IMG/VR virus record: IMGVR_UViG_3300045988_014525
Strand: one strand, 5' to 3'
Source of the DNA: a virus
Length of the DNA: 64,000 nucleotides
A program made the translations under genes and the position numbers. This document shows, piece after piece, positions 19,593-30,700 of this stretch. The notes beneath the pieces were generated by a model. That model ran no database searches. It worked only from the letters and a program-made list of their open reading frames with translations, and was not told the DNA's origin. Every line of letters starts with the position of its first letter. Position 1 is the stretch's first letter.

Positions 19593-22500
19593 TTACTCAT
19601 TAGAAGTTTGATCAAATATAGAATCGTTAAGATCAATAATACCACCGTTATTAATAAGATTACGAAGCATATTAATATGATAAGTATTATTAATTGATTT
19701 ACTCCATAGCATTTCTTTATAGAATACCATCTTACGATATTGATTCCATTTACCTATTGTAATACCTAAGTCATCAGTATTAGTACCTGCTTTAATTATA
19801 GTTCCATTATAATTAGTCTTAGTACAATATTGAATTGGATCAGTGTTTGTAAGATTTCCATTACTTGCTCCAAAACTAAGTTGAAATTCTTTATTTTCAG
19901 CACTTATATAACTATGAACAAATGCACCACCTCCTAATTTTGTATTTCCTTTTCTTTGAATACAACTATTTAGATTAGGATTATCGAAATCTTTATATTT
20001 AATAATATAAGTATAATCAGTAAACGCAGGAACATTGGCACATTCTACATAATTAGTAATACCATCAAGACAAAGACCATTAGGATATTCGGGAAGTATT
20101 TCTAATGTTACATTTAGATTACCATTATTATTAATTACTATTCCTATCCACGGTTTCCCACTAGGAGTTTCTGTTGGTGCAAATTTAACACTCTTCGGAA
20201 GAGTATAAACTCCATCTTGATTAATATTAATATAAGTAAGTTTACTAGGATTATTTTCATTGATATAAAAATAATTTACTGATTGTTCATTCTTAAGACC
20301 TGTTATTTTTAATTTAAAACTAGGTATTTCTATTGGAACAACAGCGTCGTTATTATAAACATAACTATATGTAATAGCTGCATTAAGAGCTTTAGTTACT
20401 TTAATTATATTAGGACTAACTTCTAAATTCCAATTATTTCCACTACTAACAATATTCCAAGTCTTATTTGCACCAAACACAACAGGATAACCATTATAAC
20501 CAGACATACCTTCGTAAGCAACATTCTTATTTTCTAAAGAATAAGCATCTTCATCAGAAGTAGACGCAACAGGTTTAGCAGTACCTAAATTCTTAATAGT
20601 ATTTCGAGTCGCAGTATCACTATTTGATTTACCAGTAACATCCCAATAATATTCGGGCTTCGGAAGATAACCAGTTGGAATACCACACCATTTATTAAGT
20701 ATAGCACGATCAACAGCATTAGGAACTTCTGGAAGAAGAATAGTTCTATACATGGCAAACTGAGCATAGGTGCTACCTGTTTTAGATCTTCCAAATATAG
20801 GACTTATAGAATTAGAAGAATCTACAATAGAACATGTAGCAGTAACAACATGAGTATTGTTATTTAAATCAGTATTACCAATATAGTTATTTAATACATT
20901 ATTTATATAAACATCGCCTGTTAAACGTTCTGAATAAACATTATTGTTATTGTTACCAATATATAATGCAAATGTATTAGTATCTGGAGTATTATCTAAA
21001 GTACTACGTTGATCATAAATAATAGATGACTTTAAATTATAATTTAATTTACTAACTAAACATTTACCACCATGATCAAGATTTTGAACAGTACCATAAT
21101 CATTTACACCATCAAAATAAAGACTATCTTTATAATCAGGAAGAACTTCTAATATTATAGTAGCATCATTATTATCATCTACAATAAATCCTACTAAACT
21201 ATTAGGAGTAGATTCATCAGGTTCTATTTGATAACTTTGAGGCATATCATATGTACCATCTTTAACTATTACTAAATCAGAAGTAATATTTCTATTAGAT
21301 TCAGATATATATCTATAAAGTATTTTTCTTCCTTGTCTAATACCAGTTACTTTTAGTTTAAATGAAGGAATAGTACTTAAATAACTAGTTCCATTATTAT
21401 AAACATTAGAATATAATAACGCAGAATTACTATTAGTTTTATAGATAGTGAGTTTGTTAGAACTAATATCGTATTTAACAATATCAGATTCAGCTCTTAA
21501 TATAGTCCAAGTTTTATTCTTTCCGAATACAACAGGATATCCATCTTTACCACTCATTCCTTCATAAGAGAAGTTATATAGTTTAAGATGTCTATTTTGA
21601 CCACTTATATCTGGAAGATAACCAAGATTCTTAAGACCTATGTTATTAATCATAGATGGGTCATAAATAAATAATGGTTCAGCAGTAGATAATAACCAAA
21701 CACTATCGCTAGTAAAAGTTAATGTTTTTGTTACATCTATATCCATAGATGAAATTTGAGACCAACCATAATAACCCTTTCCATTTATTTTATATCCATA
21801 AATAGTATATAAACTAGTTGGATTATATAAAACATCTATAATATTAATAATACTTCCTATCTTAATCTTATCTCCATAAGTATATTCTTTATTAGTGTCC
21901 TTATCTACTAATTTAAACATTACTGGATAAGGTTGAACAATATCCTCATAACGAATATATTCTTCAATAGTAATATCTATTTTAGGATATGAATTATGAA
22001 CAACAAATTTATATCTATAATAATTATCACTAACACTATAAAGTTCTACTTCTTTTCCATCGACAGTAACTTTAAGTACTTCGTCTATACCGTTTGTTCT
22101 AATACTAATTAAAACAATAGAATTTTTCTCAATATAAGAACCAATAGATATACTAGTTCCACCATTTTCTCTATAATATGAGATACTGTTGTATTCGCCA
22201 TTAGAAGTAACAATAGGTCTAAATGGAAAACTATTATCTGGATAAAGACTACCTAACTTATACTTCTTGAGTTGACGTTCAAGAATGAAGTTTGACATAG
22301 TATAAGGAAATAACATAAGATTCCATAAAGCCAAGTATGAGAATCTAGGATCGTTATCCCGAACAGTTCCAAGCCATAGAGTATTAGTATCAAGACTACT
22401 TCCAACCGATAGAGTTTGGCGATTAATACCATATGTATATTTAGTTTGTATAGCAAATGATTTCTCAGTGATTTTATCATTAAGTAATGGACTATTGCCA

Positions 22501-24374
22501 GCACCGAAATTATAACTGGCAGTTTTATTAGGATTAAGTAGAAATGATTGTTCTGCTATAAAAGCTCCATCTTGACCAACTTTAGATTTAGATATTAAAC
22601 CTCCTGTTCCAATACCATTATCAACACTAGCAGTATACAACCATTTACGTAAAGCACAAATAGTATAATCTTTCCAAATAGGAACATTAGTAACTTTACC
22701 AAAGTTATCTATACCATTAAGAACAATAGCATCGGTAATATCATCAATAGCAAGTAAGGTAATTTTAATATTCATTGAATCATTAAAACCTCCTGTAATA
22801 CACCAACCACTATATGTATCAGTTTCAGTAGATAGAAATTCCGGTATTTCATATTCACCATCTTTTAATATTTCTTTATAAAATAATGTACCATCAACAG
22901 TATTAAGTCTGTAACCTAATTTACCATTAGTAATAGTAGACGTTCCTTCTATTTTTACTTTATAAGTAGGCAAAGATTTAGTTTTAGTATTTATCTCTAA
23001 GAAATTACTAGCAGATGTATTTGCAGTAATTACAAAATTATCTTTATTAACTTCAACAGTTGCTCTAGCTGGAAGATATGTATAATCTTTAAAACTAATA
23101 GGATAATTACCAATGCCAGATTGTTTATCCCATAGCATATTATACATTTTAATATTATAACCATTAATATAATCAATAAGTTCATCATTAAACTCTGCAT
23201 GATTAACATTAGTAATACCTTGTTTACGAATATCGTAAAGCATACTAGGTTTAATGATTTCACCCGGTCTATCAAGATTATAATAAGCAATAACTTGATT
23301 AATTTCATCTGTGGTTAGGACTTTGTTGGCGATAAAGCCACCTGCGTAGGCAATCTGAGATAATTCACTAAAAGTTCCGTCAGGTTTTATACTTCCATTA
23401 ACTGAAAATATAGTATTCTTACGAAAAGCTAGATGCTTATTATAATTATGAATATTATAATTTTCTTTATCTCCAAGTATATTAAAAATACCTGTTTGAT
23501 TTTGACTCGATAAATTATAAGTATATCCAATTATACCAGTTACATCTGTATTTAAAATACTATTCCTAACAAATCCCCAATTATTAGTCTCGAAATAATT
23601 ATATAATAAATTTACTTTAATACCTGTCGAACTAATATCTTGTTGTACACTATGAATAATACTCACCACCGTAATCTCGTTGCTACCCTCCAACATCTCA
23701 GATACGGTCTTTTCGCTGACAATCATGTCGTCTACTCCGTCTGTACATAGCCAGCCTTCGAAGTCGGGGATTATCTCAATAGAGAAACCAGTCCAATCAA
23801 GATCAACGTCTTTAATACTGTTAATATAAAAACCAGTACTACTACGATTCCCTTCCAATGGATTACTTGCAGGTAAATCATATATTCCATCAGAATTTAT
23901 ATATACTACTTTGTTATTGTTACTATCTACAACAGATACATATCTTATAGTACTTTTTATTCCAGTAACTTTAATTCTAAAAGCATTATTAGATTCACTT
24001 CTAGGATGAGAAATTAAATACTCGTTTGTTATTTTACCTACAACCTTTACGGAAGTATTATTTTTAACAATTCCTGTTTGATTAGGATGAATTTCCCATT
24101 TAGGATCAAAATATTCTTCATACAGCCCATACCCACTATTCCTCGCAAATCCGAAGTTCAGCAATTTAAAATCATTACCTTTCCCAGTCTTATCTTTAAG
24201 AATATTTCTATCACTATCGGTATTCTTCTTACCATAAGTAGAAATAACACTAACTAAACTCGATTGAATATTAGGTGGAAGAAAACGTCTTCCACCATCA
24301 ACTCTAGGCTTGAAACCAATTGCATTAGCAATTCCAAGTCCACTAATATTAATACCCATATTGCAAACCTTCAA
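19593..24374 (-). CDS. tail fibre/receptor-binding protein (1593 aa) with four tandem module copies, each leading into a LamG/ConA-like segment
   Basis: Uninterrupted ORF. Four paralogous blocks end in LCTDGVDDMIV (23710-23760), IVLNGIDNFGKV (22690-22740), LYFDGVNDYGTV (21070-21120) and LCLDGITNYVEC (20041-20085). An alternative start is the Met at 24359. Confidence 0.75.
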   Translation of the reverse strand: MKVCNMGINISGLGIANAIGFKPRVDGGRRFLPPNIQSSLVSVISTYGKKNTDSDRNILKDKTGKGNDFKLLNFGFARNSGYGLYEEYFDPKWEIHPNQTGIVKNNTSVKVVGKITNEYLISHPRSESNNAFRIKVTGIKSTIRYVSVVDSNNNKVVYINSDGIYDLPASNPLEGNRSSTGFYINSIKDVDLDWTGFSIEIIPDFEGWLCTDGVDDMIVSEKTVSEMLEGSNEITVVSIIHSVQQDISSTGIKVNLLYNYFETNNWGFVRNSILNTDVTGIIGYTYNLSSQNQTGIFNILGDKENYNIHNYNKHLAFRKNTIFSVNGSIKPDGTFSELSQIAYAGGFIANKVLTTDEINQVIAYYNLDRPGEIIKPSMLYDIRKQGITNVNHAEFNDELIDYINGYNIKMYNMLWDKQSGIGNYPISFKDYTYLPARATVEVNKDNFVITANTSASNFLEINTKTKSLPTYKVKIEGTSTITNGKLGYRLNTVDGTLFYKEILKDGEYEIPEFLSTETDTYSGWCITGGFNDSMNIKITLLAIDDITDAIVLNGIDNFGKVTNVPIWKDYTICALRKWLYTASVDNGIGTGGLISKSKVGQDGAFIAEQSFLLNPNKTASYNFGAGNSPLLNDKITEKSFAIQTKYTYGINRQTLSVGSSLDTNTLWLGTVRDNDPRFSYLALWNLMLFPYTMSNFILERQLKKYKLGSLYPDNSFPFRPIVTSNGEYNSISYYRENGGTSISIGSYIEKNSIVLISIRTNGIDEVLKVTVDGKEVELYSVSDNYYRYKFVVHNSYPKIDITIEEYIRYEDIVQPYPVMFKLVDKDTNKEYTYGDKIKIGSIINIIDVLYNPTSLYTIYGYKINGKGYYGWSQISSMDIDVTKTLTFTSDSVWLLSTAEPLFIYDPSMINNIGLKNLGYLPDISGQNRHLKLYNFSYEGMSGKDGYPVVFGKNKTWTILRAESDIVKYDISSNKLTIYKTNSNSALLYSNVYNNGTSYLSTIPSFKLKVTGIRQGRKILYRYISESNRNITSDLVIVKDGTYDMPQSYQIEPDESTPNSLVGFIVDDNNDATIILEVLPDYKDSLYFDGVNDYGTVQNLDHGGKCLVSKLNYNLKSSIIYDQRSTLDNTPDTNTFALYIGNNNNNVYSERLTGDVYINNVLNNYIGNTDLNNNTHVVTATCSIVDSSNSISPIFGRSKTGSTYAQFAMYRTILLPEVPNAVDRAILNKWCGIPTGYLPKPEYYWDVTGKSNSDTATRNTIKNLGTAKPVASTSDEDAYSLENKNVAYEGMSGYNGYPVVFGANKTWNIVSSGNNWNLEVSPNIIKVTKALNAAITYSYVYNNDAVVPIEIPSFKLKITGLKNEQSVNYFYINENNPSKLTYININQDGVYTLPKSVKFAPTETPSGKPWIGIVINNNGNLNVTLEILPEYPNGLCLDGITNYVECANVPAFTDYTYIIKYKDFDNPNLNSCIQRKGNTKLGGGAFVHSYISAENKEFQLSFGASNGNLTNTDPIQYCTKTNYNGTIIKAGTNTDDLGITIGKWNQYRKMVFYKEMLWSKSINNTYHINMLRNLINNGGIIDLNDSIFDQTSNE

Positions 24375-24663
24375 CAGCAGTTACTACTTCTTTAACTAAT
24401 TCAACATTCCAACCCGGAAATACAATAGTTTCAATAGGATCTTCCATACCATAAAGAATAACACTAACTGTAATATTCTCTTCAGTAACGTTCTTTAGCA
24501 AGAATGGTTCTTTGCCACCACGACCATCGGGAATACTAAAGTTAGCACCTGTAATATTACCCATTATAGAAATTTGTAGACTGTTCGCAGCATTAGCGCG
24601 ATTATAAATACAATTACCTTCCATATCAATATTATTTAAAGAGTTAATAATAAGTGCTTCCAC
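24349..24663 (-). CDS. small protein (104 aa from GTG, or 91 aa from ATG 24624) between two fibre genes
   Basis: ORF in the track. The listed start is a GTG that lies inside the 24654-24690 hairpin, so the start is uncertain. Confidence 0.55.
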   Translation of the reverse strand: MEALIINSLNNIDMEGNCIYNRANAANSLQISIMGNITGANFSIPDGRGGKEPFLLKNVTEENITVSVILYGMEDPIETIVFPGWNVELVKEVVTAVEGLQYGY

Positions 24664-24670
24664 CCGTTCA

Positions 24671-24690
24671 TTCCTTTACGGGGGAAGCAC
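24671..24690 (-). repeat. GC-rich dispersed element copy within a larger hairpin
   Basis: The plus strand reads TTCCTTTACGGGGGAAGCAC and is intergenic. ACGGGGGAAGCAC (24678-24690) pairs with GTGCTTCCACCCGT (24654-24667), with one mismatch. Confidence 0.85.
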
Positions 24691-24732
24691 ACAAATATAC
24701 TAATTTATTTTTAATGTCATAACTATTATTAA

Positions 24733-27700
24733 TTAAGTCATACCATTATTCCAAGTAGCAGGAATACTTGCTCCATTAGTTAGATTATCTTTAACCATTC
24801 GATAAAATACATTAGCTCTATTATTAGACGATAGAGCATTAAGCCAAGTCCAAAACTCTGGAACACTACCAACAGTAGCAGTAGCAGCATAGAATACTCC
24901 CGAACAATTAGTAATGTTCTTATGCTTATTAGCAGTAAATAGATTAGAACTAATCTTCTTAGGACTTCGACCGCTCCATCCTTCACTATTAGTTGCAGAA
25001 GCAAAACAATAACTAATATCTCGAAGATTTGTATTACGAGAGAAAGTATTCTCATGAACTTGTGTTTCAGCAGTAGTTCCTAAGAACTGACATTCTAACC
25101 AAGCATGATCTATATTCTGTAAATTTAAGTTATTAATAAATGTAGATTGATCAATAATTACTTTACTAGGAATAATAGTAAATACAAACGCATAACTCAT
25201 TGTAATTAACTTAGGAATATTAGCAAAGAATTCAGTAGAATAAGCAAGACCTTCTTCATTAGTCGTAGTATTGTTCCACTTATAAGGAGCTAATAACGGC
25301 ATCATATAGAACATATAAGATATGTTTTGTACATTAGATATAGGCTTGAACAAGTAAGGACAAGGACGACCACGAAGACCGTAATTCATATAATCATAAG
25401 AAGGATCTCCATTACTTCTTCCACTATAATAGAATACTCCTACGACATTAACTCCCGTAGTATTACTACAACTAGAGAATATATCTGGCGGACAGAAGTA
25501 GTTCATGATTTTACGATTAGTTGCTTCTGACGCAGGAGCACTAATAGCATCAGCAGGATCATTAAACTCCTGTGGAATATCTGGACTAACAGAAATATTA
25601 CCAGCAGTAACAGCAGTATATAACTCTGAATTACTAATCATATCGTACAATCCTGTAAGACCATCATAAGCATAGACATTCCAAACAAGTTCATATTTAT
25701 TATAATTAGGATTATCTATAACACGACGAATATCTCTACTAGGATTAGGAATAGTTTGCTCTTCATCAATGAATTCATTAGGATTATAATTAGGATTCAC
25801 TATATACTTAACAGGATTATATTGTTCATTAGGTATAAGTAAATCACCATAATCATTAGACTTCAAACTACCATAGTTCATAGTATATGGAGCAGCATTA
25901 ACATCTTGGAAGTATTGCAAGCAATAAGCCATATTAGTGATACTCTTTCTACGAATAGTTCTTACTATACTATAAGAACGTTCTTTAGGCATAGCAGTTG
26001 GAAGTTCTTCATCGGGAATCCAATTTCCATCAGAATCAATACCAAAATTAGGAGTTATATTATCAGTATCAGCATCCGCTTCTTTCCATCCTTTAATAGT
26101 AGAACTAACAAGTTGTTCTTGATAGAATAACTTATAAGGTATCATTCCTGTCTTAGCAAACTTAACATTAGTTTCTGCAAAACAGTAAGCAGCGTTAACT
26201 ATTTTACAGTTCTTGAAACCTCCCCCCGTAAGGGAGTACTTCACGTTTTCCATGTTATAAAACTCGTATGATATATTAGTAAGATTAACACAATCTTTAA
26301 ATATATCTTTAGGTAGTTCTACAACAGTTCCAGTAGGACATTTTATATTACTAAAGAATCCCGGAGCTTCGACTAATGCACTACAACCGCTAAACACTTC
26401 ATAAGGAAATATTTCTGTATCTTCTTTAAGGAATGTTTTAGTGAATCCTGTAAAGCAAGGATTAGTAGTTGCATTCGTAGCAGATGTACCAGTAATATAT
26501 TTAAGTTTAGCTTTAATTCTACGGAACATAGAATTATGAATAGGGAATTCAATAGTACTATTACTAGCAGCATTGAAAGAACCATAAATACCATAGAACA
26601 CACTAGTAAACTTATCTGTTTTACCTTCGATCTGTCCTCCGAATACATTTAATAATGAACCAGTAGAATGATTAAGATTATTAAAACTATTAGTTACATA
26701 TTGTAATCTAGGATTGTTGTAGAACAAAGGACAATACTTAGTTCTCTTCTCATCATCATTCTCAACTAGATCAAAGTTAATATTAGAACCGTTAAACATT
26801 CCATTAACATAAACTAGCTGAGGAAGATTAATAAGAAGTCTACTAGCTTTAGCAGCACTGAAATCAGAAGTAGTTGGTTCAATTGTCCATTCTCTACTAG
26901 CATCAGTAATAAAACAAAGTGTACCACTAAATAACAAATAGAAATAAGTTATCTTCCATTCTATATTACCAACAGGTTTAGCAAATATAAAATCGTCTGT
27001 ATATTTAATACCACTAAAATAGAACGCTTGTGACATTGCTGTAACATTAACAAGTGGAGATAACAAACCGTTTCTATTAGTTATTTCTTCATTACCATTT
27101 CTAGTACAAGTATAGATAATACAATTTCCACCGGAAATATTATAGAACAAAGAACTCATACTAGTTACTTTGCCACAATTAATAAACATATTGCGATTGA
27201 AACTATCTACAATACTAAGTTGTATTTTAGCACCATAGAAGCAATTGTCTAGTATAGTAACGTTATTACATTTATAAAGAACATAATAAGCATCAAAGAG
27301 TTTACAATTAGTTCCTTTAAATGTATTACTCATATTAGTAGTACCAATAGTTATGTTAGTACAAAGATTGGTATTAGCTTCCCATTCAGTTTTACCTTCT
27401 GTTGTATTAGTTTTAGAACCATAGTATTGATTAGCATACATTGGTGTTTTACCGTTAACTAAAGCAGGTGGTTCATGAATATAGAAGTTATTACATTCAT
27501 TAAATGTACTAGTACCAGTAAGTTTAATATGTCCAAATACTCGTTTAAGAGAAGTACATCCAACAAAGAAACTACTACCAACACTAACAGGAGCATCTGG
27601 ATTATTATCAAACTTAAAGTAATGAACGCCTGCTGCACTAGTAACAGTAAATGTACTAAGTCTTAAATTAGTAACATCGAAAATAGGATTATCATTATAT

Positions 27701-30700
27701 TTAGGAATTGGTTTATTACCATATTGAATAGAATTAATATTAGTATTATTCATAATCAATTTAGTAAGTTTCGGCAATTCGGCAGCAGCTTGAATAGGCT
27801 TAGTAGTATTAGTTCCACTAATATTAAGTTCTTCAATATTCGGAGCGCCAACAATATAAATATCTAATCCACTATTAGTACATTTACTAATATTAATAGT
27901 CTTAACTTTGTTACAGTTAGATACGTTAAACGTAGTAAGATTTACGTTATTGGTACAAGTAATTGCAACAAGATTAGGACAGTTAGTAATATTAATAGTA
28001 TGTAAATCTCCGAGATTACTAAGATTTAGTTCAGTAATCTTTTCACAAGAATCAATAGTAACAGATTTCAATCTTTTACATCCACTAAAATCTATACTAT
28101 CTAAGAATGGCTGATTAACTAAGTTAATAATCTCAATAGAACTATTAGTAATATTAAGAGATGCAAGAGAAGCATTAGGCAGAGACATAGAAGTTACTAT
28201 TGAATTAGATATATCTAAGTCTTTCAACTTAGTATATTTTTCAATATTAACTGTAAATGTACCTACTTCAGAACTTCCACTCCAAAACTTAGTATTAGAT
28301 AGATTAATATGTCTAACATCTGAAAAGTCTTCGTCATTAACAAACACTGTTTCAAATGGAACAGGAGCATTACTAAGAGTATCAACATCAGATAAATCCA
28401 ATTGAGAGAAACTAGGAAGTTTCATAGTAGACATGAAACGTTGGAATCTCATTTCTTTTAGACCTTTGATGTCATTGATTTGCGGAGTATTGTTAATAGT
28501 AATCTGAGTATTAAAAGAACTAATAGGTGCTAACTTAATTAAAGTAGGAACTCCTTCTTGTAAAAAATATCTAGTGTCAGTAGTATTACCAATGTTGATA
28601 ACAAATATCATTGAAACATTAGAAGTAATAGTAAGACGAGGATTTGTAGCTTCTGCACCACCAGCAGAGAAAGCGCCTTTAGTATTATACGGTTGAAGAT
28701 TAGATACATTATTGTATCTAAATACTCCATCAAAGAACCACCAACGTTTCTTTAACCAATCTCGAACATATTCAACACGAGTACCATGTAAGAATTCAAT
28801 ATTAGCATAAGACGCAGAACCTCCTGCTTCACTAACATAAGCAGTAAGATACTTAACATTGTAGTCATAATTAAATAGAAGTTCTCCGCATGACTTAGTT
28901 TGTGCAGAGAAATATTCATCTATATAATGATTAACGTCTTTACTAATATTAGCATTGTTTCTCCATAAATCCCAAAGTTCTTCAAGAGAAGAATCAAAAA
29001 CTCCAGTATTAATAAAAATACTATCACGAAGAACATCCCACATACGAGAACTATAAGTATCGTAACCACCATCAGGAGAATTACGAGTAATAACTAATGA
29101 GTTAACATCTGTATTAGGATTATTAGAGAAGGTATCAAGGTATGCTGTTTTAGCAACAGATTCAAGAGCAGTATTATCAAGACCATTAGCAGTATCCATA
29201 TCGTAGAACCTAATATACCATTTCTTAGTTCCTCCAATATCATAACATACGATAGTCATATTTTTACCAAGAGAATCGACAAGACCGAACTTAACACATA
29301 CTAAGAAATAAGAATAAGCATTTTTAATTGAGAACTTAGTATCAAGTTCAGCAGCAAGAGTAGACCAACTTGATTGAGCAGGATATTCACCATCTGTTTC
29401 AACATATCCACCAGATTGTTCATTCCAAGTATATTTCTTAACTGTGGAAGAAGTCATTTGAGCAAATAGAGTAAATAGTTCTTGAAGAGCTGTCCAAACA
29501 GCATCGTCAGTAACAGCAGCAGTTGGGTCTAGCCAATTACCACCATTATATTTAAACTCCCCTACATGCTTAATAATAGATATATCGTCTTGCATAAACA
29601 AAGCTAACGGTAATGTCTTGTTTCCATCAACAATAACATTAGCGTTTTCACCTATTTCATAAGAGTAAACTTTCTGTTGATCAATACTACCAAACTTTTC
29701 ATTCTGACCATAAGCATGATAAGAAGTAACAAAAGCAGGGAGAGCATTATCTACATATTCACCAGTACTATTCTTTATCTTAGTAGTAAAGTCTTTTAAG
29801 AATCGGAAGCCCATATTGTAATAAGCACCACGACCTAAATTGAAACTATAAATACCAAGACAAGTCTGAGTTTCTTCTCCATCAAACTGAATAAGAAGAA
29901 TACATGGAAAACCTTCAAGAGTTTGTTTAATAGTTACTTTCTCATGAACTTTAGTTTTATCTCTAGTATCAGTTGGACGACGAGCTTCGAGTTCTTCCAT
30001 TGGAGGAGTTTTCTCAAATAGAATATCAGCGTTATCATTAATCCATTTACCAATAGAAGCATTGTTAGCATGAGCACTATCGACAACATCGGCTTTAAGA
30101 GTAAACTGTCGTTCGGGAAACCAAGTCTCTTTAGGCTGGAATAATTCGTAATCAAGATTACTACCGTCATCTGCTTTCAACATCTTATCAAAACGAATCT
30201 CAAGATTCTTAATAAGATTGTTCATAGTAGATGTTCCTTGCTTAGAAACAGCAACATCAGTAGTACTTTCAGCACTAGATTTTCCAGAAGTAGGACTAAA
30301 GTAACTCATAGTACAACCTGTATACCAATTATTATTCTGTCCACCAATCTCTTCAAATACTGCACGAGTAAAACCTGTATTAGCACAATTGATTAACATT
30401 ATGTCAACAGGAAGAGTACGAGTAGTATCAGAGATAAGACTATTAAAGTTAACAGTAGCATAAGTCTGATTAATATCATCCCATAAAGTAGAATGTGCAG
30501 AGTTATCAGAAGTAGAGAAGAAATTACGTAACTTAGCAGAATTGTAAGCTACGAAATCAATACTACCATCTTCTAGAAGTTTAGCTCTAGCATTAGCATT
30601 CATATAATTAATAACAATCTCTTTGTCATTAAGTGGAGAACGGAATAACTTAATATCATAGAAGTTAACATCAGAATAATTCTGAATACGACCAACATTA

